Part shown: in pieces, positions 1 through 12,721 of the stretch
How the letters are laid out: each line of letters begins with the position of its first letter
How positions within the stretch are numbered: the stretch's first letter is position 1
The notes under the pieces: model-generated
Databases searched by the model: none
Told to the model about the DNA's origin: nothing
The model's input: the letters and a program-made list of their open reading frames with translations, nothing else
Translations under genes and position numbers: made by a program
From: Chiloscyllium plagiosum
Lineage: Eukaryota
Assembly: GCF_004010195.1 (NCBI RefSeq)
Contig: NC_057753.1
Coordinates: forward strand, 12,823,446-12,887,445
DNA length: 64,000 bases
Reading direction: 5' to 3'

Positions 1-419
1 ATACTGTTGAGTTTGTTAGTAAGTAAAGATTGGTTCTGATCTGCACTTAGTCCCTGATATCAGACAGTAAGTGCTAAAGGTTTTGAACAGTGCATTATTT
101 GCTGTTGAACAAACTATTCTCTATGCGATTTACTGATATTCATGGCTATGCTGCCGGGTGAATCTGCGCTGAAACAGTACATGTTTTATTGCAGTTTTAT
201 GCACGAATAATTTCGATACATTTTACCTGTTTGTTGCAGGAGCGAGTGACCAAGATTTAGTTTTCCAAATCCATTTCAGTTTAAACTTCATGAAGAACAG
301 ACCCTAAAACCGAACTGTCGCTACATAACAAAATACAATGGACGAACTCTCTTGGAACATGCAGTTACCAGAGTGAAATCTGAGATATTTATAAGGAGAG
401 TAAAACATAGCACATTGAG

Positions 420-3400
420 CATAGAACGATATAGCACAGTACAGGCTCTTCGGCCTTCGATGTTCTGCCGAGCTCTTATCCTAAACTAGGATCAGACTAA
501 CATTCATTGCACAAATGTCGCTAATGTACCTGACACTACTACCACAGTTGGCAATGCATTCCATGCACCCACCACTCTCTGTGTAAATAACCGACTTCTG
601 AAATCTTCCTCCAATCGCCATATAATTATACCTCCTCATAACAGACACTTTTGCCATGGGAAAAAAGTCTCTGGAAATCCACTCTATCTCCACCTCTCAT
701 CATCTTGTGCACCTCTATTAAGTCATCTCTCATCATTCTTCATCCAATGAAAAACGCTCGAGCTCCCGCAGCCCTGCTTAATATGACATCTCAGGTTACA
801 GCAGGATCTTGACCAGTTGGACGAATAGGCTCAGGATAGGCAGATTAAGTTTACTTCAGGAAAATGCAAGTTGCTGTATTTTGGAAAATCAAATCAGAGC
901 AGAGTGGGTCTGTGTTCACTGGAGCGTCGGAGGCAGAGGGGTAACCTTACAGATGTTTATAATATCATGAGGGGCATAGATGAGGTAAATACAAAAAGTG
1001 CTTTGTTGCCCTGGGGTGAGAGAGACCAGAACTAGAGAGCTTATGTTTAGGGTGAGAAGAGAAAATGGATCTAAGGGGCAACACTTTCATGCAGAGGGTG
1101 TGCAGAGGGTGGTGTGTGTATGGAATGAACTGTCAGAGCAAGTGGTGGAGGCTGGTACAATTGCAACATCTAAAAGGCATTTGGATGGGTATATGAATAG
1201 GAAGGTTCAGAGGAATATGGGCCAAGTGCTTGCAAATGGGACTAGATAAATTTGGGATATCGGGTAGGCACCGACGAGTTGGACTCAAAAGGTCTGTTTA
1301 TGTGCTGTACATCTCTATGGCCCTCTGACATGTTCTACAATCCAGGCAGCATCCTGGTAGCTCTTCTCTACATCATTTCTAAAGCTTTCACATCTTTCGT
1401 ACAATGAGGCGACGAGAATTGACTACAATATTCCAAGTATGGTACAACCAGGGCTCTGTAGAGCTGCAGCATATCCACCCAGCTTTTTAGCTCAGTCCCC
1501 TTGCTAATGAAAGCCAACGCACTATGTGCCTTCCGAACACAGAGCAGTGGAAGAGGGAAGGTATTTCACTTCTAGCTTGGGTGGCAGATTTGAGGGATCT
1601 ATGAATATGGATATCAAGATTCCTCTGCTCCTCCACGCTGCCAAGAATCCGGCCTTTAATCCTGCGTTCTCCATTCAAATTCGAATTTCCAAATGGAATC
1701 ATTTCACACGTTTCCACGCTGAACTCTATCTGCCAATTACCAAACCAGTTCTGCATCCTGTTGAAACCTCCAACAGCCCTCAACACTATCCAAAATTTCA
1801 CCAACCTACGTTTCATCGGCAAATTTACTAACCCACTCTTCCATTTCCTCCCCAAGTCATTTGTAAAAATTACTAAGGGCATAGGTCCCAGAACCGATCC
1901 CTATGGAACACCACTGGTCACCAAGTTCCAAGTTGAATACTTTCTATCTAGTACCAGCCTCTGTCTTTTGTGGGTCAGGCAATTCTATATCGAATCAGCC
2001 AGATTTCTAAATATCCCATGCCCGCTTACTTTCTGAATGAGTCTGCCTGTCTGTCAGAATGCACTCCAATTATTTGCCCACCACAGACATAAGACCGACC
2101 GGTCTGTAATTCCCAGGATTATCCCTCTTCCCTTGCTTGAACAAAGGAATATAGTTCATCACCCTCCGATCATCTGACACTCCTCCAGTGGACAGTGAAG
2201 TCACAAACATCATCGCCAAAGGCACAGCAATCTCCTCCCTCTATTCCTGTAGTAACCAACAGTACATCTCGTCTGGCCTAGGGGATTTATATATTCTTAT
2301 GCTTTTCAAAATTTTCAGCAAATTCTCCTGCGTAATATCAAACTGTTCGAATACATCAATTTGTTTCACGCTGCCCTCAGAAACTTCAAAATCCCTCTGC
2401 ATCGTGAATACTGATGCAAAGACTTCTGTAAGTCCCTCGCTACTTCCTCAAATTCCAGGCACAAGTTTCCTCCACTATCGCTGATCGGCCCTATACTGAC
2501 TCTGCCCATCTTCTTATTCATTATGTAAGCGTAGAATACCTTACTTCTATCTACTAATGTTTATTCATGCCTCATTCTAGCTCTCCTAACTCCAGTCTTC
2601 TGTTCCTTCCTGGTTACCTTTTAAACCTCTCAAGACCATCTGATCCTTGCCTCGTCAAACTTAACGAAGTTTCCTTCTTCCTCTTGACTAGATATGTTGG
2701 GATAATCCTGTCAGCAAGTGCTCCCAAACAATCTCGACTTTCCTCTCGTGCGTTTCCCTGAAAACATCTACTCCCAATTTAGCGCCCTTGTTATTGCCGA
2801 TAGCATTGAAATTCTCCCTCCTCCAAATACATATTTTCCCATACCGTCTGCTCCAAACCTTCTGCATGACGACAGTAAAGCTCAGGGATTTCTTTTTTAT
2901 CACTATCACCGAAATGCTCTCCCATTGAGAGTTCCGATTCCCACCCACATGTCAATCTAAATTAAAACATCCCGAAGAGCTCGATCAAATCTCCTGACGA
3001 GGGGATTGGTATCCTTCCAATTCAAGTGCAACCAATTCTTGTTGTACAGGTCGCGCCTTCACCAAATCCAATGTGGCCTCCCCTCTAGTTGGTGTATCTG
3101 CATATTGAGTCAGGAACACTTCCTGGACGCTCCAGGTAAAAGTTATTCTATCCAAATTATTTGAACCAAGAAGGTTCCAATCAATATTGCAGAAGTTAAA
3201 GTCATGCATAACAACAATTCTGTTACCTCTGCATCTTTTCAATATCTACCCCCAGATCAGCTCCTTCATGTCTCTTTTGCTACTGGAGGGTCTGTAGAAA
3301 ACTCCCAATAAAGTTGCTGTTCCTTTCCTGTTTCTGACTTCCAACCTGACTAGCTCTGTTGACAAACCCTCCTCGACGCCCTCCATTTTTGTAACTGTGA

Positions 3401-4110
3401 TACAATCCCTGATTAGCAATACACTCCTCCACCTTTTACTTATGCCCTATTCATTTTAAAACATTTAAACCCGGGAACACTCAACATCCATTCCTGCCCC
3501 TGTGATGTCCCAGCCTCCGTAATGGACACAAGATCACTCTTTCAGGTACTGACCCATGCTTTAAGTTCATCACCCTTATTTCTGATACTTTTTGCGTTAA
3601 ACTGGACACATTTTAACCCATGACACTGATGCAACTTTGCCTTATCAAGTGTGCATCCCTCATCGCAGATTCTCTGCACGCTGTAACGTGCTGTTCACTT
3701 CCTCCTCCATCGTCTGATTCGCAGCTGCAGTTGTCACCATCTGCCAATCTGGATTAAAACCTCCCGAAGAGCTCTTGCAAACCACCTGCGCAGGATATTG
3801 GTGCCCCTCCAGTCTGGGTGCAACTATCCTTCTTGGACATACCCTACCTTCACCAGATAGTATCCCAATAATCCACGTATCTAAGTCCCTACCTTCTACA
3901 CTAGCACTGCAACCAAGTGTTCATCAGCATTCACTCTCTCTTCCTCGCCTCTCCAGACCGTGGAGTGGTAGCAAACCTTCGATTACTTCTCTGTTCTTCG
4001 TGCTATCTAGCTTCCAACCTAGCTCCCTGTATTCACTTTTCATGTTCTCCACCCTTTTGTAAGCTGTGTCATTGGTACGGATGTGTGCCATGACTTGTGC
4101 TGCTCTCCCT
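420..4110 (-). mobile_element. Decayed CR1 (HER1-type) LINE with 3' tail, RT, APE endonuclease and ORF1 esterase remnants
   Basis: 3' end-like catagaacgatatagcacagtacagg at ~420. RT C-terminal remnants (ORF 1487-1882: ...ILGSVEEQRNLDIHIHRSLK). Endonuclease motif RIVVMHDFNFCNIDW...TPTRGEATLDLV (ORF 2985-3242). ORF1-like VMAHIRTND near 4070-4095. Many stops and frameshifts. Confidence 0.85.
790..1325 (+). mobile_element. 5'-truncated CR1 LINE nested in the opposite-strand CR1
   Basis: CR1 3' ORF2 motif (QRVVCVWNELSEQVVEAGTIATSKRHLDGYM) and ctctatg-type tail. Flanked by the duplication tgacat at 784-789 and 1326-1331. Confidence 0.8.
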
Positions 4111-5008
4111 CACCGTTTCTGAGGAGATTTGATTGGGAAATAGGAGGTAAGTCTCCAGAGAAGCTTTCTCCAATTTGAACGAGGACAAGAAAACAGCTGC
4201 ATTAAATATCTCTGGGGTAATTGTCTTTGAATCTGCCACGCAATATTACAAACTGCTCCCCACAGTGTTATCGAGGTTCAGTGAAACAACAAGAGATTCC
4301 CACCTCCACCCCTTCATAGATTCGGATTCCTGATCTCCATTGTGAATTGCCAATATATTCAAAAATTAGAAAGGCCAGTTTTTCCGAGGTCTCTTTCTGC
4401 GTGTGCTCAATTAAAACATTTCTTTACAGCTGTTGTGTGTATTATTCATGGCAAAACTCTTTGCAGGACAGACTCCATATGAAACAGCAAAAACATGCAG
4501 TATTACACATCACTAGCCCAACTCAAAGCTTGACAATTCAAAGGGCCAGGGTTAGAGTTGATGAATGCCTCATTATTTGTTGTATGCCAGACAGTCTTCA
4601 TTTCTTGGTTTCTTTCCGAATGATGTCGGAGGAGTTGTGATCTCACTGGCAAATAGACTTGGAACTGATGCAGAATTGTGGATGAACTGTCGACCAAACG
4701 TTGTAATAATGAATGGCACAGCAAGTTTAAAGAGCCAAATGACATACTACACATCGGCATGCTGCGTCAGGCGACTAACTTTCTGTCAGTGTTATCTGCA
4801 GAACAAAGGGGTTCTCATCTGATTATACGTCACATGGTGTCTGTGTCAGTTATGAACCAATCCTCACCCTGTCCGGATATTACATCTTCCCTATTTCGAT
4901 TTGAAACTGTTCAGCTTCTGTTTCTTCTGTTCAAACACTCAATTATCTATGAGCTGATACAATTCAACTCTAGCTCTCTCTGTTTAAATCCACTATTCGC
5001 TCACAACC

Positions 5009-5641
5009 ATGTCACTTCATATTAGTTACTCATTCCTAACTGTAGCAGTTCTCTTAAGTGGTAAGTTTTTGAGTTGTAAAACGGATGCAACATGTCATGA
5101 GCAATATTCTCTTTATTTGTGTTTCACAGTGTTAAGACATATATTCTTAATTTGGAAATAGTTATCATAATCGTCATTTGAATTGTTTTTTCTAAATTTC
5201 TGTAGATGTTAATTGTGCAGACCATGTCTCACAGAAGCCGTTATTTGTGTTTCACAGTGTTAAAATGTATATTCTTAATTTGGAAATAGTTATCATAATC
5301 GTCATTTGAATTGTTTTTTTCTAAATTTCTGTAGATGTTAATTGTGCAGACCATGTCTCACAGAAGCCGGTTACAGTTGCACAGCTTGAAGCAGATTCGG
5401 TGACTATTCATTTCAGCTATTCAGCCGCAGGTGCTCAATATTCCCTACAGTTGTACCGCCAAGATCCTGGTACACCTCCGATATTCTTGATCTACATCCC
5501 TACATATGGAGAGGTCATGAGAGCGAAAGATATTGGTGATCGATTCTCTGCATTTCTGGACACTTCAAACAAGGAGGGAAATTTCACCATCAGTCGTCTC
5601 CAACTGTCTGAAAGCGCGGTGTATTACTGTGCGCTGAAAGA
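5009..5641 (+). CDS. TCR alpha/delta-type V segment (leader 5009-5060, V exon 5335-5641); open ORF but non-canonical (Phe at Cys23, Leu at Trp41)
   Basis: Leader MSLHISYSFLTVAVLLS + G|gtaagt; acceptor tttctgtag at 5334. V exon DVNCADHVSQKPVTVAQLEADSVTIHFSYSAAGAQYSLQLYRQDPGTPPIFLIY...DRFSAFLDTSNKEGNFTISRLQLSESAVYYCALK, then an RSS with a perfect heptamer. Confidence 0.9.
5113..5369 (+). repeat. ~128-bp tandem duplication of the intron 3' end, splice acceptor and first 35 nt of the V exon
   Basis: 5113-5240 and 5241-5369 are near-identical (ttatttgtgtttcacagtgttaa...accatgtctcacagaagccg). Confidence 0.95.
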
Positions 5642-5680
5642 CACAGTGACTGGAAGTAGAGGGAGCCTCGTACATAAACA
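5642..5680 (+). promoter_or_regulatory. 23-RSS
   Basis: cacagtg + 23 nt (actggaagtagagggagcctcgt) + acataaaca. Confidence 0.95.
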
Positions 5681-6651
5681 CCGCTGCAATGGAATGACGT
5701 GCCAATTATGGTTCGTACATTTGGGAGTAACACTTACTTCTAAACTTATGCTGGATTTCACTGTATTCAAATGAGCCAAAGCAATCTACAAGGCGACAGC
5801 ACAAGGGAAGGCATGCTGTCCTCATTTGATGTTGAACACATTTTGAATAAAATGCAAATACGTCAATAATGAATGTAAACTCTTCTGACAATTAAAGTCC
5901 TGTCAAAAATAGTCTGATCAGTAAAGAAGGTGCACGCAACAGAACATAAGGCAACAATTACTCAATACTGCGGAACTTGGAGGTGAAACAACCTTATCTA
6001 GTATGCATAGAATTACAAAAGCAATTTCATCAATATTTAAAACATATTTGCAAGTCAGCCTTTCTCATCAGGCTAGTTTCCAATCTTCCTGCAGCCATTC
6101 CGGGAACCAAATGTTCAATATTTGTGTGTGAAAGATTATTTCTGTAGTTATCATTGTTCCTTTGCTTCGAACTCCGTATCAATAACCATCTCATTGCGCC
6201 TGCTAAGGTTGTGGAGACTTGGAATTAATTTGAGTAAGTATGTTCAATATGATGAGACCTGCAAACAGGATATTCCAATTTCTATGTGTTTCACTGGGCA
6301 GGCTTCAGTTTCCGCTACAAAATGATATTTCAAATGAAAACAACCGGTTCATTTGCAGTAAGATCTTTCTGAAACTGCCAAGCGAGGACATATCTCGTTA
6401 TAGTCTACCAGAAACATTTTCTTGCTTCATTCCAGTTGCGACTTCACAGAGATTGCCAATAAAACAGCATACATGTGCTCCACTATACAGTCAGTGATAG
6501 CATCAGTAATCGATTTGAAAATATCAAAATTATGTTTATGTGAACTATACTGAATGTTTTCCGGTTCAAGCATCTACTGAAGCAACAATGTGCAACACCC
6601 TGTTGCATACGGCCTTCGCCAGGCAACAGCTGTGACCCAGAATCTTGCTGC

Positions 6652-7286
6652 TGTTATTGCACAAAGCTTTCGCTTGTTCCCCTCACTGTTAGGTTCCTTG
6701 CACAGTGATGGACCGCGGTGTCAGACAGCATCAGCTCCGAGACGGTCAATCGAAACAACTTGTCAGATTTCTGGATAAATTCGTCTTAAGTTCAGCACTG
6801 TAGCTTTCGAGTCTCCAGACTGCAAATTCGGGCTGCCTGCTCGGTTACTGATGGTACCAGAACAGGGAATGAGCATTACTGGTGTACGTGCAGTTTAAAG
6901 AGGAATTTTCTCCCTCTCTCTGTGTGAGTGTGTGCTCCCAACGAGGAACAGAATCTCCATCGCTCAGATCAGGAACACAAGGTTAAAGAAAGTGGAAATA
7001 TTTGATTTAAAGTGCAGTTAGAAATGCGAACTGACGGCAAAAAATGTCGCATTCCATTTGATGCAAAATTAAACAGGAATTCTAACGTAAAGCAAAAAAA
7101 AAATCTGGATGCTGGAAACCTCAGATGTGAAGAAGGGTTACTAGATCCGAAACTGCGAAAATTCTGCTTTACCTTCAAGATGATATCAAACATGTGGAGT
7201 TTTCTCAGCGCATCCTATTTTCTTTTAACATAAAATCTACTTCAGAATAATTGGCAAATGCCGATGTTCGCTATCCACAAGAGCAT
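6652..7286 (-). pseudogene. TCR alpha/delta V pseudogene with 23-RSS
   Basis: GDSVPRWEHTLTQREGENSSLNCTYTSNAHSLFWYHQ*PSRQPEFAVWR..., then a frameshift/deletion to IQKSDKLFRLTVSELMLSDTAVHHCARN. RSS aacagtg+23+gcaataaca (6652-6690). Decayed leader MLLWIANIGICQLF* from ~7286 (leader tentative). Confidence 0.85.
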
Positions 7287-8915
7287 CCAGCTTCCCCCTT
7301 GGTCTAATTTTATTTGCATGTCCATCATTCATAATCTGTTTAAATGAGTCCCACTTGATGACTTTATGGCCTGACTCAACTAAACCTGAATCCAGCGAGT
7401 TCTATGTGCTAAAGCCAAAGCAGAATTTCCTGAACATTTCTATTCGATCATATTTTAACACCTTAAACTATGACTCGTCGTTTAAAAGTCTTCACTCAGC
7501 TGAAACATTGCCTCTATGTTGAACTCGCCAAAAACTTTCAACATTCTTATCCTTATGAGAGAAACTAAGTTTCATACAATTGGATTTTACAGTTCCAAAG
7601 CTATCATCCCTAATCACACATTTTTATGCTTCGTTTCCCTTTGGTCTTGCTGCAAGACTTAGAGAAAATTGGTTTCCAATTCCTCATGTGCAAAGGAACA
7701 ATTGTCCAATACTTACTGAAAATAGTTCTGATTTGGATCACACTTAGAAATAGAGAGATTGAACCCTTTTCTTAAGTGAAAAATTAATTACCAAGAATGA
7801 ATGTCGTTGAGATCATTGCATAAATTGAGAACTGCATCGATGATGCTCTGGTTCCTGGGCACTTGTTTGTGATTCTGAAATTTACAGAATATCGAGTAAG
7901 ACAGAAACGAAACCCAGAGTATTGGCTTAGATTAGTTTGATGTCACTTGTTTCGGAGCTAGGAGCTGCGATCACTAAATCTGGTTGGTCATGTGTCATTT
8001 TCGCCCGCAAAGTCGGTCTTTCTTAGAACAAACTCACATTCTGCTGATTAGACTAAAAAAAAAACGATAATGGGTGAATATAGACAGCCTGGGCTTTAAT
8101 AAATCTGAAAGTCTTCTCTTTCATTTGATTTTATTTTTAACTCAAGAAGTCGAACTACAATGTATATGAGATGTTTTGTTTATTTTATCCACAGTGATTA
8201 ATCAGACTGAATTTGTCGTTGTGTTTGGCTTTGATTAATTATGCACCAGTGACGGACAAGGTATGTCCTTGTCACTTTCTGTAAGTGATTCATAGATGTG
8301 GAATTAACAGCATTGAGGGACCTGAAGCTCAAAAATGAGACAACATCATGAGGCGGAAACAGCCAGTGAATTTGGCAAATCGAAATGTCATGGAATATTT
8401 TTCATGGGAGCTGTAAATACTTGTCCAGGATTGCTCCTGCGAATAGAACACATGCCAGAATAAAGGAACATCATGAAGTCAAATTGATGGTCGGTGGCTT
8501 GTTTTCAAGATTGGAGTCAATCCTTTGAGTATAAAATGATCAATTCATATGAACCAGGAGAAAGGGACAACGTGTTCATTTTTTAAATGAGCGGACAACA
8601 GGGTTTTATAGGGAGATTAAAGCAATGTTCGCATTTAATTGTGTTTTTTACAGTCAGAGAAGGAACACAGTTAATGTTGCTCGAATATTAGACCTGGAGT
8701 CCCCAGTTTACAAAGTTGATTTCTGAATATGACAGTTCCCTCCAGACCCTGCAGAGGGTCACTGGATCTGAGGGATTTGGGCTCAGTGATGAGATGGATA
8801 AACAATTACTTTCCTAATGGCTTAACGGTGGAGGGTTTTATTTTTCCAACATCTACTAGTAAGATTCATTGGAAATGAATTTGCTATACATTTACTTTGT
8901 GCCATTGCACAAAGT

Positions 8916-9237
8916 GGGCGGCACGGTGGCACAGTGGTTAGCACTGCTGCCTCAGAGCGCCAAAGACCCGGGTTCAATTCCCGCCTCAGGCGACTGACTA
9001 TGTGGAGTTTGCACGTTCTCCCCGTGTCTGCGTGGGTTTCCTCCGGGTGCTCCCGTTTCCTCCCACAGTCCAAAGATGTGCAGATCAGGTGAATTGGCCA
9101 TGCTAAATTTCCCGTAGTGTTAGGTAAGGGGTATATGTAGGGGTATGGTGGGTTGCGCTTCGGCGGGGCGGTGTGGATTTGTTGGGCCGAAGGGCCTGTT
9201 TCCACACTGCAAGTAATCTAATCTAAAAAAAATCTAA
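8916..9237 (+). mobile_element. HE1-type tRNA-derived V-SINE, young copy
   Basis: A/B boxes (tggcacagtggttagc / ggttcaattcc), V-domain core tgtggagtttgcacgttctccccgtgtctgcgtgggtttcctccgggtgctcc, and an (aatct)n tail. Confidence 0.9.
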
Positions 9238-10091
9238 CTACTGTACTGATAACAGTTTTTCTGTTGTACCCGAAGAAGACGGCTCACGTCACATTTTCAA
9301 GGAGTTTTACAGCTGAATGCCCCCTTCTCTAGCGGCGCCAAAATGGCATAAACGAACATTAAATATACATATAGTAGAGTATCTCTCCAGACATGAAGGG
9401 AATTTAGAAAGATAGCAGAGATACACATTAAGACAGCATTCAAAACCTGATGGAAGTGAATGTACTCCTGCCAAAGTTACAGGTGACATAACGCCAGTGT
9501 GAAGGCATGTGGGGAGAATGGCACAACGATTCTGCAAGAAGAGAACGATATATTGATTTTAGGACAGTGAGAAATCCTTGAACTGATCCATGGCCTCTGC
9601 GATCTCACAAATGCTGTCAATCAGAAAATGAAAAAAATAACAGTAGGTGTTATCGAGAGGTTTTTGTGCATCTTTTTAGAAACAATTGGACTGCACTTAT
9701 TAGTAAAATGTGAGTCATGTCAAAGGGAAGGCCACTTCGTTCACATTTTATTAATTTATGATTTATTCTGATCATATCTGTGCATCACACTCGCGATGTT
9801 TCGCATTCATCCATTTCTCTTTAAATTTTTTCTCATCAATCTAGTCTTTGCAGAATATTTTGCTGTATTTTTGCCAGTTATCTTTCTGTCCAGCACTACT
9901 GTTGTTTTTCATTTATTGTCGAGCATCATCTACGTGCACATTTCCAATTCTCTTCACTTCTGACTTCTTTACATTTGCGCCTGCATATTTAATATTTTCG
10001 TTCTCATTCCGCCTAATCTTTGTAATGTGGAGATGTGAATTCGCAACATTGATACTTCAAACTCAGCATTGCGGTCCTCCCCCTTGGTGTA

Positions 10092-10458
10092 CGTTTATGC
10101 TGAGATGATCTATCTGTTTGCAACACTGTGCAGTAGTAGCACAGAGGTATGTGCTGGTGTCACTAGGATTTGCGTCTCTCACATTCAGTATACTTTGCAG
10201 TCTTCACTGGTTGAGGAGGTGATCCTTTGTGTTAATTAACTTCCCTTGTGGCCGTCACAAGATACTGGGGTCACTCATTGGGGAGCCAGTTGTACGAACG
10301 CACCGTAATAAATGCCGTCGTCTTGGAGGAGTTTGAGAATGTGGTTCTGGCTTCATTAACAATTGCCTCCGAGGAGGTGGCAGCACTCGAAATTCCACAA
10401 TCACTTCCGTGCAATTCAGTGTGGGAAGCAACAAAAGGACTGTGTAAATTTGAAACAT
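10092..10458 (-). pseudogene. V pseudogene with intronless leader-V and perfect-heptamer 23-RSS
   Basis: ATG at 10458, MFQIYTVLLLLPTLNCTEVIVE, runs straight into a frameshifted V (...LPNE*PQYLV...QRITSSTSEDC/SILNVRDANPSDTSTYLCATT). RSS cacagtg+23+gcataaacg (10092-10130). Confidence 0.8.
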
Positions 10459-10765
10459 TGCCAAATTACATGAAACGTGGAGTTAAGCACTTGTCCAGAG
10501 AGGTCCTTTTCGGTCCAGAAGATAAATATTTAATGTTAACAAAAAATATCTTCTTCAAGTCTCACTTCGAGCCAACTTCTTCTCGGAAGTAAGGAAGCAG
10601 CCGTTACTTTCCGTTTCCCATTCAATGCCAAATGTTTCACTCGAATATGTGCTTTCTGTCTGCAAGTTCACTCTGGCTCCAGCCTGCAAGTTCAATAATT
10701 ACCACAGACACGCATTGCTCTCTAGTGGAATTCCTGCAAGTTGAAAAGTTTTTTCTCTCTCACCA

Positions 10766-11048
10766 CGATGTCAAGGTGCCAGTGTTGTACTGGAGTGGGC
10801 AAAATTAAACTAACAATATACAAGGTTTTAGCCCAACAGGTTTATTGAAAAGTATAACCTTTCAGAGCGTTGCTTCTTCATCAGGTGTCTAGTGGCAACA
10901 AATGTATGACGCTTTGATATGTTTCCTTAAATTCTGTGTCTTTTGATCCTACCCAGTAGTTACCTGACGAAGGAGCGGCGTTCCAGAAGATTTTACGTTC
11001 AAATAAACCTGTTGGACTATAATCTGGTATTTTGTGATTTTTAACTTT
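10766..11048. mobile_element. Short Penelope-derived foldback element (same family as 27767-29144)
   Basis: Inverted arms: tagcccaacaggtttatt...cttcatcagg versus cctgacgaaggagc...aataaacctgttggactata. Confidence 0.7.
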
Positions 11049-12721
11049 CTCACCACAGACTCAGATCACTCTATTACCAACCTTCACAGTATTACGGTTA
11101 CCGGGGATAATCTGAATTGACCTACAATTGCATCAATAAAAGATTTCACATTTTTGTTTCTCCCCACATTGTAGCTGAACTTTATTCAACACTATAGAGA
11201 CCTCCGGTGCGCCAAGCGAACCGTTTGAACATGAGTTCGAAAATCTCGATTTCTGGTTGAGATTGCGCACATGCCCATGCGCGAATGCGTGTATACGTAC
11301 ACACACACGCAGAACACACACACACACGCAGAATGCAAGTACGCACAGACTTTCAGATGTCTATTGGAAATGTGGTCTGCCCTAAATCATAAGAAAAGGT
11401 TTTCATATAGCTCTCTGTGCAAGAAAATATAGCATATTGAATCTACTTGTTCTGGTCAGGAAGCAGAATCGAAATTATTTGGAAAACAATTGGAGGTGAT
11501 ATTTAGCCTGCAAACCAAAAGGATGATCCTTGCTGAACTTTACAACTGTGCTTGCGTGTTTCTGTGTGTGCATTCGTGTCTGTGTGTTCCTTGTATTTTA
11601 TGTTTTGGCTGGGCGCCTACTTGTTTGTTTCTGTCTACTGTGACGATAGCATGGCTTTAAGAAGATTTTTTTTTGTATTATGAAAAAAATATTGAGACAC
11701 AGATGATGAGTGGCCTGGACAAACCCAGCAATGTAAACAGCTTATGCGATCTTGAGGGTTTTTTTGTAAGTCAGAAGAATAGAAGCAGATTGAATGGTTG
11801 GTGTCAAGGTCTCAAATAACCAGGATTGGTAGTATTAGCTTTCTGTAGTTACTGCGACTTGAAGCTGGTAGTAGTAGCAGCGCTCTGTTACACCTGAAAT
11901 CAGTGTTCTTTTCCTACTGCAAGAATTGCATACGATACAGTCCATATTAATGAATTTGCTTTTGACAAGGATGTGTTCAGGGATGTTAGATATTAGAAAA
12001 GTTAATTAATCATTTCGATAGAGAAACAGTCAAACCATTTCTTTTTTCTCTTATTTTGTCTGTATTTTCACTGCAGTGTAATAATAAAGTGTGCATTGCC
12101 TAAAATCAAACGTGTTGAAAAATCGAATTGCATCTGGAATGCAATGCCTTCCATTAACCCTAAAAAAAGGAACGTTTAGGCCAGGTGTCATCTTTTGAAT
12201 ATATTTTGATGGGTTTTGCTCTGGTCAATGACAATGTACCTGTGCATGTTCTTCGAATACTAATGTTTTTCCTTCTGTGTGTGCATATGCATATCTGTGT
12301 GTCCCTGCGTGTGTGTATGTGTGTGTGTTTGTGTCTGTGTTCGTGTGTGCATGTCTTTGAATATGTTCGCTTTCATCTCTGCACGTAATGGAAGATACAT
12401 TTGGCTTGAGGTAGAAGAAATTACAATGTCAAAGCATCGCACCTTCCTCTTGCCTTCTAAGTAAAATGATACATAGTCACCATCTGCTGGTAAATTGAAG
12501 CTACGGCAAAATATGCAGATATTTTGGAAGGCGTCTCATTCTTTCGAAGGTTCGTCTTGCGAATACTTTTATGAGATTCTTTGTAATTTTCGGGGTGTGG
12601 TATTTCATAGAAAATATTTGTTGATTCAGAATGTCCTCAGATGGTCATGGATAAAAGACATTTTGTGGCTGACGGTATCTCGAATTATGTTCCACGTAAT
12701 GGAGTGTTTCTGAAGTGCAAT

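Noticed and set aside
6554-6592. Second RSS-like motif (cacattg+23+ggaaaacat, minus strand) 98 bp past the 6.7k V RSS
   Set aside because: Poor nonamer, spacer not homologous to the first RSS, and the offset is not a multiple of 3; may be chance.
7840-8460. Leader-like MLWFLGTCL plus acceptor at 8195 as a V remnant
   Set aside because: Too degenerate; no Cys, YYC or RSS.
8916-8990. tRNA gene
   Set aside because: It is the tRNA-derived head of a SINE.
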